From NCBI GenBank assembly GCA_020632215.1, contig JACKFZ010000005.1, positions 21,128-85,127 of the forward strand: 64,000 nt of DNA. Reading direction: 5' to 3'. The DNA is from Candidatus Nomurabacteria bacterium (lineage in GTDB: Bacteria > Patescibacteriota > Minisyncoccia > Phycocordibacterales > JAACPR01). The translations under genes were made by a program, and so were the position numbers. Below are positions 49,471-58,791 of the stretch, one piece after another (the first letter of the stretch is position 1; the number at the start of each line of letters is the position of its first letter). The notes under the pieces are model-generated. The model did no database searches, was not told where the DNA came from, and was given only the letters and a program-made list of their open reading frames with translations.

Positions 49471-49706
49471 ATGGAATATCAGCGAAATACATCATTTGAA
49501 AATCTAACAGTGTGGAAAAATCAATACCGTCAAATATAACAGAAGGATTATTGAGAAGTTCAAGAAAAGACTTTTTGAGGTTTTTGTTTATCGCTTATGG
49601 TTCTGGAGCAGAATTACAAACACAATTACAGATAGCAAGAAATTTAAAATTTATTAGCGATAAAGATTTTATTAAAAAATATATAAAGACTCTATTGAAA
49701 TTATGA
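49471..49706 (+). pseudogene. degenerate four-helix-bundle protein gene of the 23S-rRNA-IVS family
   Basis: MEYQRNTSFENLTVWKNQYRQI* in one frame, then ..IPSNITEGLLRSSRKDFLRFLFIAYGSGAELQTQLQIARNLKFI in another. The SNI.EG...S..ElqtqL signature is present; a frameshift plus an internal deletion is implied. Confidence 0.45.
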
Positions 49707-49766
49707 AGATGTTAAATACTTTTATTGTAAAAATTAAATACTCAATAAAATCCTGATGTCTGATGT

Positions 49767-50180
49767 CTAATAACTATCTAAATAACTTTGCAAAATAATT
49801 GTTGCCGCTTTTGCATCTACATCTTTCACCTTATGGTAACCTCTCTTCTTACCCATCTCGGATATTTGAAAATGTTCTCGTTCAACTTGCATAGAAGTCA
49901 TGAATTCTGGTTGAAAAACAATATCGCAACTAATTTCTTTTTTTAAATCTTCTGAAAATTGTCTCGCTTCTGCCATTATCTTGTTCTCTTTCATTTGAAA
50001 GTCTTTTGATTCACCAATGACAATCTTTTCAATATTATTATCTTCAACAATTTTTTTTATATTTAAAACTAGTTTGTCGTCATTTGACAACACTTCTAAA
50101 GGAAAAGCCAAAGAACCTCCATCATCTGATATGGCTAAACCAACTCTCTTTGAACCAAAATCTATTCCTAGGTGTTTCAT
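49767..50180 (-). CDS. ruvX: Holliday junction resolvase-like RuvX/YqgF
   Basis: MKHLGIDFGSKRVGLAISD. Confidence 0.85.
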   Translation of the reverse strand: MKHLGIDFGSKRVGLAISDDGGSLAFPLEVLSNDDKLVLNIKKIVEDNNIEKIVIGESKDFQMKENKIMAEARQFSEDLKKEISCDIVFQPEFMTSMQVEREHFQISEMGKKRGYHKVKDVDAKAATIILQSYLDSY

Positions 50181-50388
50181 ACAGAAATCATATCAAAAAT
50201 AGATCGATAATCATCAAGTTCTCTTTGAGATTTTATATTCGACCATGATTCTTTCCATACTTTTTGGTTCTCCTTGAGTTGCAATTTGGACATTTTTTGT
50301 TGTTTTTTTAAATTCATATTTAAAAAATACTCAAATTACAGCTCAACTACAACCTATATTGGTTAAAACAGCACCCTGTTTCTGCATC

Positions 50389-52299
50389 TTATCTCTGTTT
50401 TTTTCTACCCAGAAAATCGTCCCAACTGAATGTAATATTTCGACGGCTGAAGAAATCCTTAGGATTTGATGGCAACATAGGGTCCTTGTGTCGATACTTA
50501 CAATAACTATCCCAACCTGTAATTTCTGGTATTCTTCTTACAGCATTACATGCTTCTTCGTAAGTTTTGTATTTAACACTTCCTTTTCCAAGAAAATCCT
50601 TCCAAAAATCATAATCTTTCTGCAAATGGTCATGTCCGAAACCATAAATTTCTTTTGGATTAGATGGTAGTCTTGGATCAAGACTTCTGTAAGCTTGATA
50701 TGTCAGTGAATTTGTAATTTCTGGTATTCTTCTTACAGCTTTTTTTGCATCCACATATGTTTCATATGGATTTATTTTCTCAGGCTCTTTTAGTTTCATC
50801 ATCTTGGCACTAAGACTACTAACATCCTCGATATCAAAAATAATTTCAATCCCTTCAATATTTACATTGAAATCTTTTCTTTCTCCGAAAGATTCACCAC
50901 CAGCAACAGACTCTTCTCTGTTTGAATTATTCGGGTTATATATCACCGCACCCTTAATCACTTGAGCAAAAGTTATAGGCATTTTCTTTGGATCTTCTGT
51001 TTCATCAATAAAATCAATAACAGTCGCGAATTTATTTGGATCATCTTTATTTAATCTCAAAATTCTTCCTGCCCGCTGTTCTGCAACAATAAGAGATCTA
51101 GTGGGTCTTAGATTTATGCAAACAGATGTATTGGGTGCATTAAATCCTTCAATTAAAAGATCAGCATTACAGAGAATTTTTATTTCTCCATTTCTAAATC
51201 TTCTTATTTTTTCATCCTGAACTCTTTTTGAATCCTTTCCACTTATGGTTTCTGCAACAACACCTTTCTCATTAAACATTCTAGTCACTGCTTCTGCATG
51301 TTTTATACCAGAACAAAAAACAACACCGCTTTCTTCACCATGATAAGCTTTATAAATTTCAACTGCTGCTTTATTTCGTGAAAATATATTTATAGCCTCT
51401 TCTAACTCTGATTCAACATATTCACCACCCTGTGTAAGAGAAACTTTATCTAGGTTGGTACTTGTTCTAACAAATCTAGCCCGAGAAGAGCAAAGAGCTC
51501 CAAAATTCTCAACCGCTTCTCGCAATGTAATACTGTGAATTTCTTCGCTGGTATGCTCTAATTTTCCTGGAGTAGCAGTAAATCCAATATTGATTGAGTC
51601 TGTAAATTTTTTTAGTGCATCCAATGTTTCTTTTCCTTGAGATTTATGAGCTTCATCTGTAATAACACAATCAAAGTTGCTTGGGTCTATTTCTCCTTTT
51701 TTAATCTGATTAACAAGAGACTGGTATGTAATAATAGTAACTTGACCACTTAAGTCTTTTTCATTGCTATAAAATACACCAGTTGTTAAATCAGGAGCAA
51801 ATTCTGCAAATTCCTCCTGTGTTTGAGTAACTAATGTTTTTTTAGGAACAACAACCAAAGTTCGTAAGTTTAAAGTTTGAACAAATTTAGAAAATATCAC
51901 TGTTTTTCCAGTTCCTGTTGGCATTTTTATATATCCACCATTTCCACCTTTTTCAAGATAATCTCTTAGATCTTCAAAAACTGGAATTTGATGATGTCTC
52001 AAACCGTCATGTTCCCCTTCTTGATGACTCAACACATATTCATCTAACGCATTTAGAGCTTTAATCCATTTTTTCATACCTGGGAGAGAATCTGATTCCT
52101 TTCCTCTTCTTTGATTACGAAGAATATCTACATACATAGAATACCTGCGAGGAAATTTTTCTTTTATTTCCCCTAGTTCCATAGTGTCAATACTTTCTCC
52201 CAAAGAAGGTGGTCTTATAGACTCTCCAATGACATCATCCACAGAGTCTGTCTGCACTTCTAATTCTTCCCCTGTTTTTTTTCGAAAACTTTCAAACAT
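50389..52299 (-). CDS. SF2 DEAD/DEAH-box helicase (type III res-subunit-like) with two C-terminal roughly 50-aa repeats
   Basis: Walker A PTGTGKT, DEAH-like VITDEAHKS. The C-terminus carries two copies of the ...VRRIPEIT...Y...DP.LPSNPK.....W.DFLG unit. Confidence 0.75.
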   Translation of the reverse strand: MFESFRKKTGEELEVQTDSVDDVIGESIRPPSLGESIDTMELGEIKEKFPRRYSMYVDILRNQRRGKESDSLPGMKKWIKALNALDEYVLSHQEGEHDGLRHHQIPVFEDLRDYLEKGGNGGYIKMPTGTGKTVIFSKFVQTLNLRTLVVVPKKTLVTQTQEEFAEFAPDLTTGVFYSNEKDLSGQVTIITYQSLVNQIKKGEIDPSNFDCVITDEAHKSQGKETLDALKKFTDSINIGFTATPGKLEHTSEEIHSITLREAVENFGALCSSRARFVRTSTNLDKVSLTQGGEYVESELEEAINIFSRNKAAVEIYKAYHGEESGVVFCSGIKHAEAVTRMFNEKGVVAETISGKDSKRVQDEKIRRFRNGEIKILCNADLLIEGFNAPNTSVCINLRPTRSLIVAEQRAGRILRLNKDDPNKFATVIDFIDETEDPKKMPITFAQVIKGAVIYNPNNSNREESVAGGESFGERKDFNVNIEGIEIIFDIEDVSSLSAKMMKLKEPEKINPYETYVDAKKAVRRIPEITNSLTYQAYRSLDPRLPSNPKEIYGFGHDHLQKDYDFWKDFLGKGSVKYKTYEEACNAVRRIPEITGWDSYCKYRHKDPMLPSNPKDFFSRRNITFSWDDFLGRKKQR

Positions 52300-52479
52300 T
52301 ATAGAATCATAATTCTAAATCTTAACAAAACCCTAAAGGTCTAGTTTCATGCCACGATTTTTACTTAATATACCCATATTACCAATTAAGAGTTTTTTAG
52401 TCACTACAGGACACACGGATCACACAAATACTAAATTCTTACTGCGGGGCATTTTTTACACAAAAATTTGAGATTATAA

Positions 52480-52626
52480 AATACAAAGTGTTCGCGACCC
52501 CGACTCGGCCATCCCACGTAGAAGGCTACGCCTTCTACGTGGGACCCTGGGCCTCCGTCTTTCGAATCCCCTCCTCCTGTAAAATAAAAGTCGGACAACG
52601 CTTCGCGTTGCCCTCCTTTATTTTAT
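52480..52626 (-). repeat. tRNA-3'-linked conserved structured module (Ser copy; no terminal direct repeat seen)
   Basis: cataaaataaaggagggcaacgcgaagcgttgtccgacttttattttac / aggaggaggggattcgaaagacggaggcc / cagggtcccacgtagaaggcgtagccttctacgtgggat / ggccgagtcggggtcgcgaacactttg. Confidence 0.55.
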
Positions 52627-52713
52627 GCGGAGGGAGTGAGATTCGAACTCACGGTCCCCTTTCGGAGACTCCGGTTTTCAAGACCGGTGCATTCAACCAC
52701 TCTGCCATCCCTC
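52627..52713 (-). tRNA. tRNA-Ser (anticodon TGA)
   Basis: GGAGGGA-TG-GCAGAGTGGTTGAATGCACC-GGTCT-TGA-AAACCGG-long variable arm-GTGAG-TTCGAAT-CTCAC-TCCCTCC-G. Confidence 0.75.
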
Positions 52714-52806
52714 CAGATCAAAGTGTTCTACAAGATTAAACTGAAATGAGGATATTTTCAAGTCTTTACCATAGCTAGCTACCTCATCTTAGGTTAAAAT
52801 ATTCTC

Positions 52807-53823
52807 ATGAATATTTTAATGATGACCTACAGTCTTATAATCCTTGCGGCATTATGGGGGCTTTCTATTACTTACAGAATTAGCAAAGAGAAAAAAAGTG
52901 GTCAACCGATGGTTTGTCCGCTCGGCGCAGATTGTAAAAAAGTGGTTACAAGTGAATTTTCCAGCTTCTTGGGTATAGGGCTTGAGGCATATGGAGCTAT
53001 ATATTATGTTGTGACAATAGTTGGCTACACTTTTCTGCTTCTTTTTTTACCAAATATACCTCCTGACACTGTAGTCTTTCTTCTAACAGGATTCACTATT
53101 GTAGCTTTTCTTTTTTCTGTTTATCTAACCATTGTTCAAGCTTTTTACCTTAGATCTTGGTGTACTTGGTGCCTATGTTCCGCTTGCGCCTCTACTGTCA
53201 TTTTCCTTTTAACAATTTTTGCACTCATTGTCTCTGCTGTAGAAATCATGCCTCTGTTAGTTTGGTTACAAAAACCAATTTTGATATTACATCTTCTAGG
53301 TTTTGCTCTTGGTGTCGGTGGTGCAACTATCTCAGATATCCTTTTCCTAAAATTCCTAAAAGATTTTCAGATTTCTGAAGAGGAAGACAAGATATTACGC
53401 ACAATGTCGCAGATTGTGTGGGTAGGTCTTTTGATTGTGATTATTAGTGGTGTTGGCTTATTCATTCCAAACTCTGCTGAATTACTTGGGTCTTCCAAAT
53501 TTCTTGTGAAGATGACTGCTGTTCTGATAATAATAATCAACGGCTCATTCCTAAACCTAATACTCTCTCCTCGAATACTAAGATTAGATTTAAATACTGG
53601 TATAGAAGTAAAAAAAGCACACATGATGAGAAAAATAGCATTCGCGCTTGGTGGTATATCATTTGTTTCTTGGTACATAGCTTTTATACTAGGTGTCTTA
53701 AAACATGTAGACTTAACTTACTTTGAATTAATAAGTTTCTACGGACTATGTTTAATATTTGCAATTGTGGCTAGTCAAATTGGTGAGAGATTATACTGCA
53801 CTCGTTCGACAAAAAAGTCTTAG
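52807..53823 (+). CDS. VKOR (vitamin K epoxide reductase)-family membrane oxidoreductase with extra C-terminal TM helices
   Basis: Loop cysteines VCPLGADCKK and CXXC (CTWC) in a TM helix; SFLGIGLEAYGAIYY pattern. Confidence 0.55.
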   Translation: MNILMMTYSLIILAALWGLSITYRISKEKKSGQPMVCPLGADCKKVVTSEFSSFLGIGLEAYGAIYYVVTIVGYTFLLLFLPNIPPDTVVFLLTGFTIVAFLFSVYLTIVQAFYLRSWCTWCLCSACASTVIFLLTIFALIVSAVEIMPLLVWLQKPILILHLLGFALGVGGATISDILFLKFLKDFQISEEEDKILRTMSQIVWVGLLIVIISGVGLFIPNSAELLGSSKFLVKMTAVLIIIINGSFLNLILSPRILRLDLNTGIEVKKAHMMRKIAFALGGISFVSWYIAFILGVLKHVDLTYFELISFYGLCLIFAIVASQIGERLYCTRSTKKS

Positions 53824-53842
53824 TGTGTGAAAATATTGTTAT

Positions 53843-54310
53843 ATGCCAAGTAAAAAAATAACTTGGAGAGCTATGGAGCATGGTCATAAGGAGAAATCTT
53901 CTGATTGGTTTTGGATTGTCGGCATTGTAGCTATTGCGGGAACTGTTCTAGCAGTCTACTTTGGTAATCTTCTATTTGGAATTTTGATATTGTTGGCTGG
54001 TTTCACTGCCATTCTCCAAGGTCACACTCGTCCAGCAATTTTAACTATCGAAATCACTCGAAAAGGCATTCGCGTTAATGACACAATTTATCCTTACTCC
54101 AACTTGCAATCTTTCTGGGTAATAGACGAAGAAATAAATGACAGAATATTATTACGATCTAGCAAAGCTCTAATGCCGATAATTGTCCTACCTTTTGATA
54201 GTACCCAAACCGATCCTGATGAAATTCGAGATTATCTTTTAGATTACTTAGATGAAGAAGAGCTAGATGAGCCTTTCTTTCAAAAAATAATGGAGATCTT
54301 TGGTTTTTAA
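53843..54310 (+). CDS. membrane protein, hypothetical
   Basis: 155-aa ORF with two TM helices and an acidic tail. Confidence 0.4.
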   Translation: MPSKKITWRAMEHGHKEKSSDWFWIVGIVAIAGTVLAVYFGNLLFGILILLAGFTAILQGHTRPAILTIEITRKGIRVNDTIYPYSNLQSFWVIDEEINDRILLRSSKALMPIIVLPFDSTQTDPDEIRDYLLDYLDEEELDEPFFQKIMEIFGF

Positions 54311-54312
54311 TG

Positions 54313-54384
54313 TGCCCTTGCCAGGAATCGAACCTGGAGCTAGAGTTCCGCAAACTCTTGTTTTATCCATTAAACTACAAGGAC
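54313..54384 (-). tRNA. tRNA-Arg (anticodon GCG as read)
   Basis: Acceptor GTCCTTG/CAAGGGC (one U-G pair), anticodon stem AGAGT/ACTCT with loop TTGCGGA, T-arm CCAGG-TTCGATT-CCTGG. Confidence 0.7.
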
Positions 54385-54503
54385 ATATTGATAACTTAGG
54401 TTACATTAGTTTTTATATTAAATAAAGAAGGTTCTCTTAGTCTAAATAAAAAAGAATCTCGTCTCCAAAGAGCGAGTTCTGGTTATAGAATAGGAACAGG
54501 GTG

Positions 54504-54839
54504 CTAATCTGCGACCATCTCGCAGCAGTCTGCTGGGATTAAGATGGTGGCGATAATTATCATGAACCCAAAAGTCTTGACCAAAATCTCGACAGCTTTG
54601 TCGCGAATTTCCTCTCCGTGCAGTTCTTCGATGGCAATCATAATAGCTTCAACATCAACGGAGTGCGTCACTGGATCATTCTGGCCCAGCATATCATTCA
54701 GAAGCTTCTGACCGCCTGTCTCGTCTATGCCTGCACGGTTAACCATGGTCACAAGACTGATTTTGCAACCCATCATCAATTCAGCGACTTCTCTTGGCAC
54801 AACATGTTCAGGAACAATCTTTTTAATCAAAATATTCAT
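54504..54839 (-). CDS. hypothetical protein (GC-rich)
   Basis: 111-aa ORF. Confidence 0.35.
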   Translation of the reverse strand: MNILIKKIVPEHVVPREVAELMMGCKISLVTMVNRAGIDETGGQKLLNDMLGQNDPVTHSVDVEAIMIAIEELHGEEIRDKAVEILVKTFGFMIIIATILIPADCCEMVAD

Positions 54840-54949
54840 TTTTCTTTTCTCCTTTCTTGTTGGATTCTACTGGGACATTACCACTATCATATTAAAAAGT
54901 AAATCATTGTATTTTTCTATTTATCTTATATATTTACCAACATAAAAAT

Positions 54950-56260
54950 ATGAAGCAATATTTGAACAATTTAAAAACTTTTGTATCCTTCAAAACAATT
55001 TCAACAGACAAAAGATATAAAGATGAAATGAAAAAAGCAGTCAGCTGGCTATCTTCTGTGTTTCTACAAAATGGATTCAGAGTCAGCACTTTCAAACACA
55101 AAAACTCAAATCCAATAATCTGCGCCAAATTTTCTCATAACAAAAAGACAGAAACTGTTTTGATATATGGTCATTATGACGTTCAACCTGCGCACAAAAA
55201 AGATTGGTCTCTTGATCCTTTTGAAATAAAAATTACAAAAACAAAAATACTCGGTCGTGGCGTAGTAGACAACAAAGGACAAATCCTAATTCACATCACT
55301 ACAATTTTTAAATTAATTAAAGAAAAAAAATTGAAATACAATATTATCTTTTTAATAGAAGGTGATGAAGAATCTGGTAGCGAGCATCTAGAAGATATTT
55401 TAAAAAAGAATAAAAAACTTCTACATTGTGACCACATAATCTTTTCAGATGGTGAAATGACCAATGGTTTCCCTACTATAGACACTTCTTTTAGGGGTGG
55501 TTTTAATATGTCTGTCACATTGACCTCAGCACAAAATGATTTACATTCTGGAATATTTGGTGGAGCTGTGCCCAATGCCGCTAATGAAATGACAAAACTT
55601 TTAGCAAAAATTTATGACAAAAATAATACAGTAACGATTCCTGGCTTTTATAAGAATGTCGACAAAATTAGTAAATCTCAAATTTCTACTCACAAAAAAT
55701 TATCCGACGAAAAAACCTTGTGCGAATTGGCTTGTGTCAAAAAAACTTTGTGCGAATCTGGGCTAGATTTCTATACTCAAACAGGAATGCGTCCAACTAT
55801 TCAGATTACGGGTCTTTCATCAGGATATTGCAAAGATGGTTACGCAAACATAGTTCCCTCTTCAGCTTGTGCCAAACTGAATATCAGAATTGTTCCATCC
55901 CAAAATGCTAACGAGATGGCAAAAGCTGTCCAAACGTTTTTTGAAAAAAATATTCCAAAGTATTTAAAATCCGAAATCAAAATAGATAGCAAGTGGCCAC
56001 CAATCAAACTAAAGCACGATCAAGAAATTTTTGAAGAAATACAAAAAATATTAGAAAAAATATATAAAAAACCTGTTATCACAAAATATTGTGGTGGTAG
56101 TCTTCCTATCATTGGATCGTTCAAAAATATTCTTGGGCATAATCCTATCTCTGTTTCATTAGCAAATGAGGATTGTAATATGCACGGAGTCAATGAAAAC
56201 TTTCAGATTAAATATATAAAGAAAGGATTGGAAGTTAGTGAAAAGATTTTTGGAAAGTAA
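54950..56260 (+). CDS. M20-family metallopeptidase (ArgE/DapE/CPG2-like dipeptidase)
   Basis: VLIYGHYDVQPA, GRGVVDNKG, EGDEESGS metal-binding blocks. Confidence 0.8.
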   Translation: MKQYLNNLKTFVSFKTISTDKRYKDEMKKAVSWLSSVFLQNGFRVSTFKHKNSNPIICAKFSHNKKTETVLIYGHYDVQPAHKKDWSLDPFEIKITKTKILGRGVVDNKGQILIHITTIFKLIKEKKLKYNIIFLIEGDEESGSEHLEDILKKNKKLLHCDHIIFSDGEMTNGFPTIDTSFRGGFNMSVTLTSAQNDLHSGIFGGAVPNAANEMTKLLAKIYDKNNTVTIPGFYKNVDKISKSQISTHKKLSDEKTLCELACVKKTLCESGLDFYTQTGMRPTIQITGLSSGYCKDGYANIVPSSACAKLNIRIVPSQNANEMAKAVQTFFEKNIPKYLKSEIKIDSKWPPIKLKHDQEIFEEIQKILEKIYKKPVITKYCGGSLPIIGSFKNILGHNPISVSLANEDCNMHGVNENFQIKYIKKGLEVSEKIFGK

Positions 56261-56299
56261 TACATTTGACATACAAGATCTATGTAGGTAATATCCGAA

Positions 56300-56523
56300 A
56301 TGGAGTCGTCAAGTACAAAAGCACGAAAGGGAGCATTGAATGTTGTGAGCATGCCTGGACCAACAGGTCTTCAGGAAGTGATCGGCAGAATTGCCCTTAA
56401 AGATAGCCAGTGCGACTCCAGGCGATTCGCGCTAGGTCCAATCCCTTCGTGAATCAGCCGCAAAAAACCTCGCTGAGCGGGGATCTTTTATTTTAAAAAC
56501 CCACCAATTGGTGGGTTTTTTGT
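56300..56523 (+). ncRNA. candidate structured RNA between convergent genes, ending in a strong bidirectional terminator
   Basis: Long-range stem ggagtcg(56303)...cgactcc(56419) enclosing nested hairpins, then aaacccaccaattggtgggttttttg. No ORF. Confidence 0.25.
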
Positions 56524-56793
56524 TTATTTGCTACTTGCTCTCTTTATGCTTGCGGATAATCTTGATTTTTTTCTTGAAGCAGTGTTCTTTGTCATTGTGT
56601 TCATCTTTGCTGCTTTATCTAAAGCCTTGTAAGCTGCGCTTAGTTGTTTTTCGGCTTCTGCTGTCTTACCTTCTTTGATTAATTTTTCAATATCTTTTGT
56701 AACACTCTTAACGGCTCTTGTTCGGCGAATGTTAAAAACACGCTTTCGTCCGCTGTTTCGAAGTGCTTTTTTTGCTGATTTAGTTATTGGCAT
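56524..56793 (-). CDS. rpsT: 30S ribosomal protein S20
   Basis: MPITKSAKKALRNSGRKRVFNIRRTRAVKS... Confidence 0.85.
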   Translation of the reverse strand: MPITKSAKKALRNSGRKRVFNIRRTRAVKSVTKDIEKLIKEGKTAEAEKQLSAAYKALDKAAKMNTMTKNTASRKKSRLSASIKRASSK

Positions 56794-56944
56794 AGTTCGA
56801 ACACTTTATCAGAACTATCTATTTTTTGCAATAAGTCAGAGGTCAGAGAAGATTATACAGCTTTTAGCTGATGTCTGATGTCTAAATAAAAAAGAACAGC
56901 CGTCCCCCGCAGGGAACGACTTATCGAAAGGAGAAAAGGCGAGA

Positions 56945-57433
56945 TTACACTCCTTTCGCCTCCCCCTCCATCCACATTCCGGCCACAAAGAACTCGTCGC
57001 TGTCGAGATAAGCTCTTGCGAGCTTGAGAAGAGTTTCCACGTAAGGAAGATTCGCCTCAACTTCAAACCAGTGTCGAATATTCTCATCTCGAGAAGGTTC
57101 GGTCAGACGCATCCCCTTTTTATTGGGACCTATTTCCCATTCTTTGGTCGGCTCTGTGAATATTCGCCTGAACTCCCGACAGAACCCGGTAACATCGTCA
57201 TCTGCCAAGTACGGAAGAAGCGGCTCGAATGGGACCCTAACGTCTTTGGGAAAGTGTATCCACAAAAAACGGTAAGTCACATGCCACATCAACCGACCAT
57301 TCTTGGTAAATGCGTTCGGGAGAAAGAAACCCTCCGTTGGCCGATTTGACTCTTGAACAATCTCCCAGCAGGCACAGAAGAAGTACAAGGGGAAGTAACA
57401 AGCTTGAAGCTCAAGTGGTTTTTGGTTTTTCAT
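56945..57433 (-). CDS. hypothetical protein (GC-rich)
   Basis: 162-aa ORF, GC well above background. Confidence 0.35.
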   Translation of the reverse strand: MKNQKPLELQACYFPLYFFCACWEIVQESNRPTEGFFLPNAFTKNGRLMWHVTYRFLWIHFPKDVRVPFEPLLPYLADDDVTGFCREFRRIFTEPTKEWEIGPNKKGMRLTEPSRDENIRHWFEVEANLPYVETLLKLARAYLDSDEFFVAGMWMEGEAKGV

Positions 57434-57571
57434 TTGTTAATCCTCAGTTGATTGTTGGTGTTGTTGATTATTGTTGTTGTGAAAAGGAAACTAGTTCCAC
57501 CGCCCAGCATACCCTACTCAGAAAATCTATCAAGATTACCTAGCTCCAATTTTTAATGTAGAATATGCTCA

Positions 57572-58138
57572 ATGATTGCAAAAATCACAGGCAAGGTTGA
57601 TGAGGTGGATTTAGGCTCTATTATTGTTGATGTTTCTGGTATTGGATATAAAGTTTTTGTTACTAATTCCCTACTTTCTAGTTTAAAAGTTGATAATCCT
57701 ATCTCTCTTTTCACCTACTTTGCAGTTCGAGAAAACTCTCAAGATCTGTATGGTTTTCAAAATAAAGAAGAGAAAAATTTTTTTGAATTACTGCTGTCTA
57801 TATCTGGTATCGGACCAAAGTCAGCATTAGGAATCCTCAATACTGCTCCCATTGAAACTATCAAAGAAGGTGTGGCTTCAGGTGATGCTAGCCACTTAAC
57901 AAAAGTCTCTGGAATTGGTAGAAAGAGTGCTGAAAAAATTATTGTTGAATTGAAAGATAAACTTGGCACAATTGAGGGACAAGAGGGTGGTAATCTTTCT
58001 GGAAGTGGAATGGCTATAGAAGCTCTGACTTCTCTGGGATACTCAGAAAGAGATGCCAGATCTGTCATTCAAAAGATAGACAAAAATCTATCGACAGAAG
58101 AAATGATCAAAGAAGCATTGAGGCAACTAGGAGCATAA
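57572..58138 (+). CDS. ruvA: Holliday junction branch-migration protein RuvA
   Basis: MIAKITGKVDEVDLGSIIVDVSGIGYKVFV; two HhH motifs (GIGPKSA, GIGRKSA). Confidence 0.85.
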   Translation: MIAKITGKVDEVDLGSIIVDVSGIGYKVFVTNSLLSSLKVDNPISLFTYFAVRENSQDLYGFQNKEEKNFFELLLSISGIGPKSALGILNTAPIETIKEGVASGDASHLTKVSGIGRKSAEKIIVELKDKLGTIEGQEGGNLSGSGMAIEALTSLGYSERDARSVIQKIDKNLSTEEMIKEALRQLGA

Positions 58139-58140
58139 TT

Positions 58141-58791
58141 ATGTTAGAAAAAGACAATAATTCAATTTGGAACAAACTATTTGAAAAGAAAGTTGTTATT
58201 AATAAATCAAGTGTGTTTATAAATAATTTCCTAAAGGATAAGAAACCAGGTAAATTACTAGATTTAGGTTGTGGTGCTGGAAGAAATATTAGAACTGCCA
58301 TTGAAAATAATATGAAAGTATCAGCAATAGATTCATCTGATATTGCTTTGAAGATTCTACAAAAACAACTAGAGAATGATAATGTAAATATCATAAATGC
58401 AGATATAAAAAGACTTCCTTTTGAGACTAAATCTTTTGATTATATTATTGCCACACGAACATTACATCATGGAGTGTTAGAAGATATTACTCAATACTTT
58501 AAAGAGTTAGAGCGAGTATTAAAATGTGATGGAGAAATAGCTATTAACTTATTATCAGATTCTGATATAAGAATAAATACGGGGGAAGAAATTGAAAAAA
58601 ATACTAGAATAAATATCCAGAATACTTTTGATCCACAGATCCCACACCATTTTTTCTCAAAAACAGAAATATTAGAATATTTAGCAAACTTTAATATATT
58701 AGACATATATGAAAGAGATTCCCTTCTATCATCAGAAGAAAAATATGGAAGTATAATTTATTGGTATATTATTGCTAAAAAACAATGTTAG
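58141..58791 (+). CDS. class I SAM-dependent methyltransferase
   Basis: Motif I LLDLGCGAGRN. Confidence 0.7.
   Translation: MLEKDNNSIWNKLFEKKVVINKSSVFINNFLKDKKPGKLLDLGCGAGRNIRTAIENNMKVSAIDSSDIALKILQKQLENDNVNIINADIKRLPFETKSFDYIIATRTLHHGVLEDITQYFKELERVLKCDGEIAINLLSDSDIRINTGEEIEKNTRINIQNTFDPQIPHHFFSKTEILEYLANFNILDIYERDSLLSSEEKYGSIIYWYIIAKKQC

Noticed and set aside
56300-56523. Small SRP (4.5S) RNA
   Set aside because: Only a loose AGGUC...GGAAG resemblance; the conserved GGUCCGGAAGGAAGCAGC core is not present.
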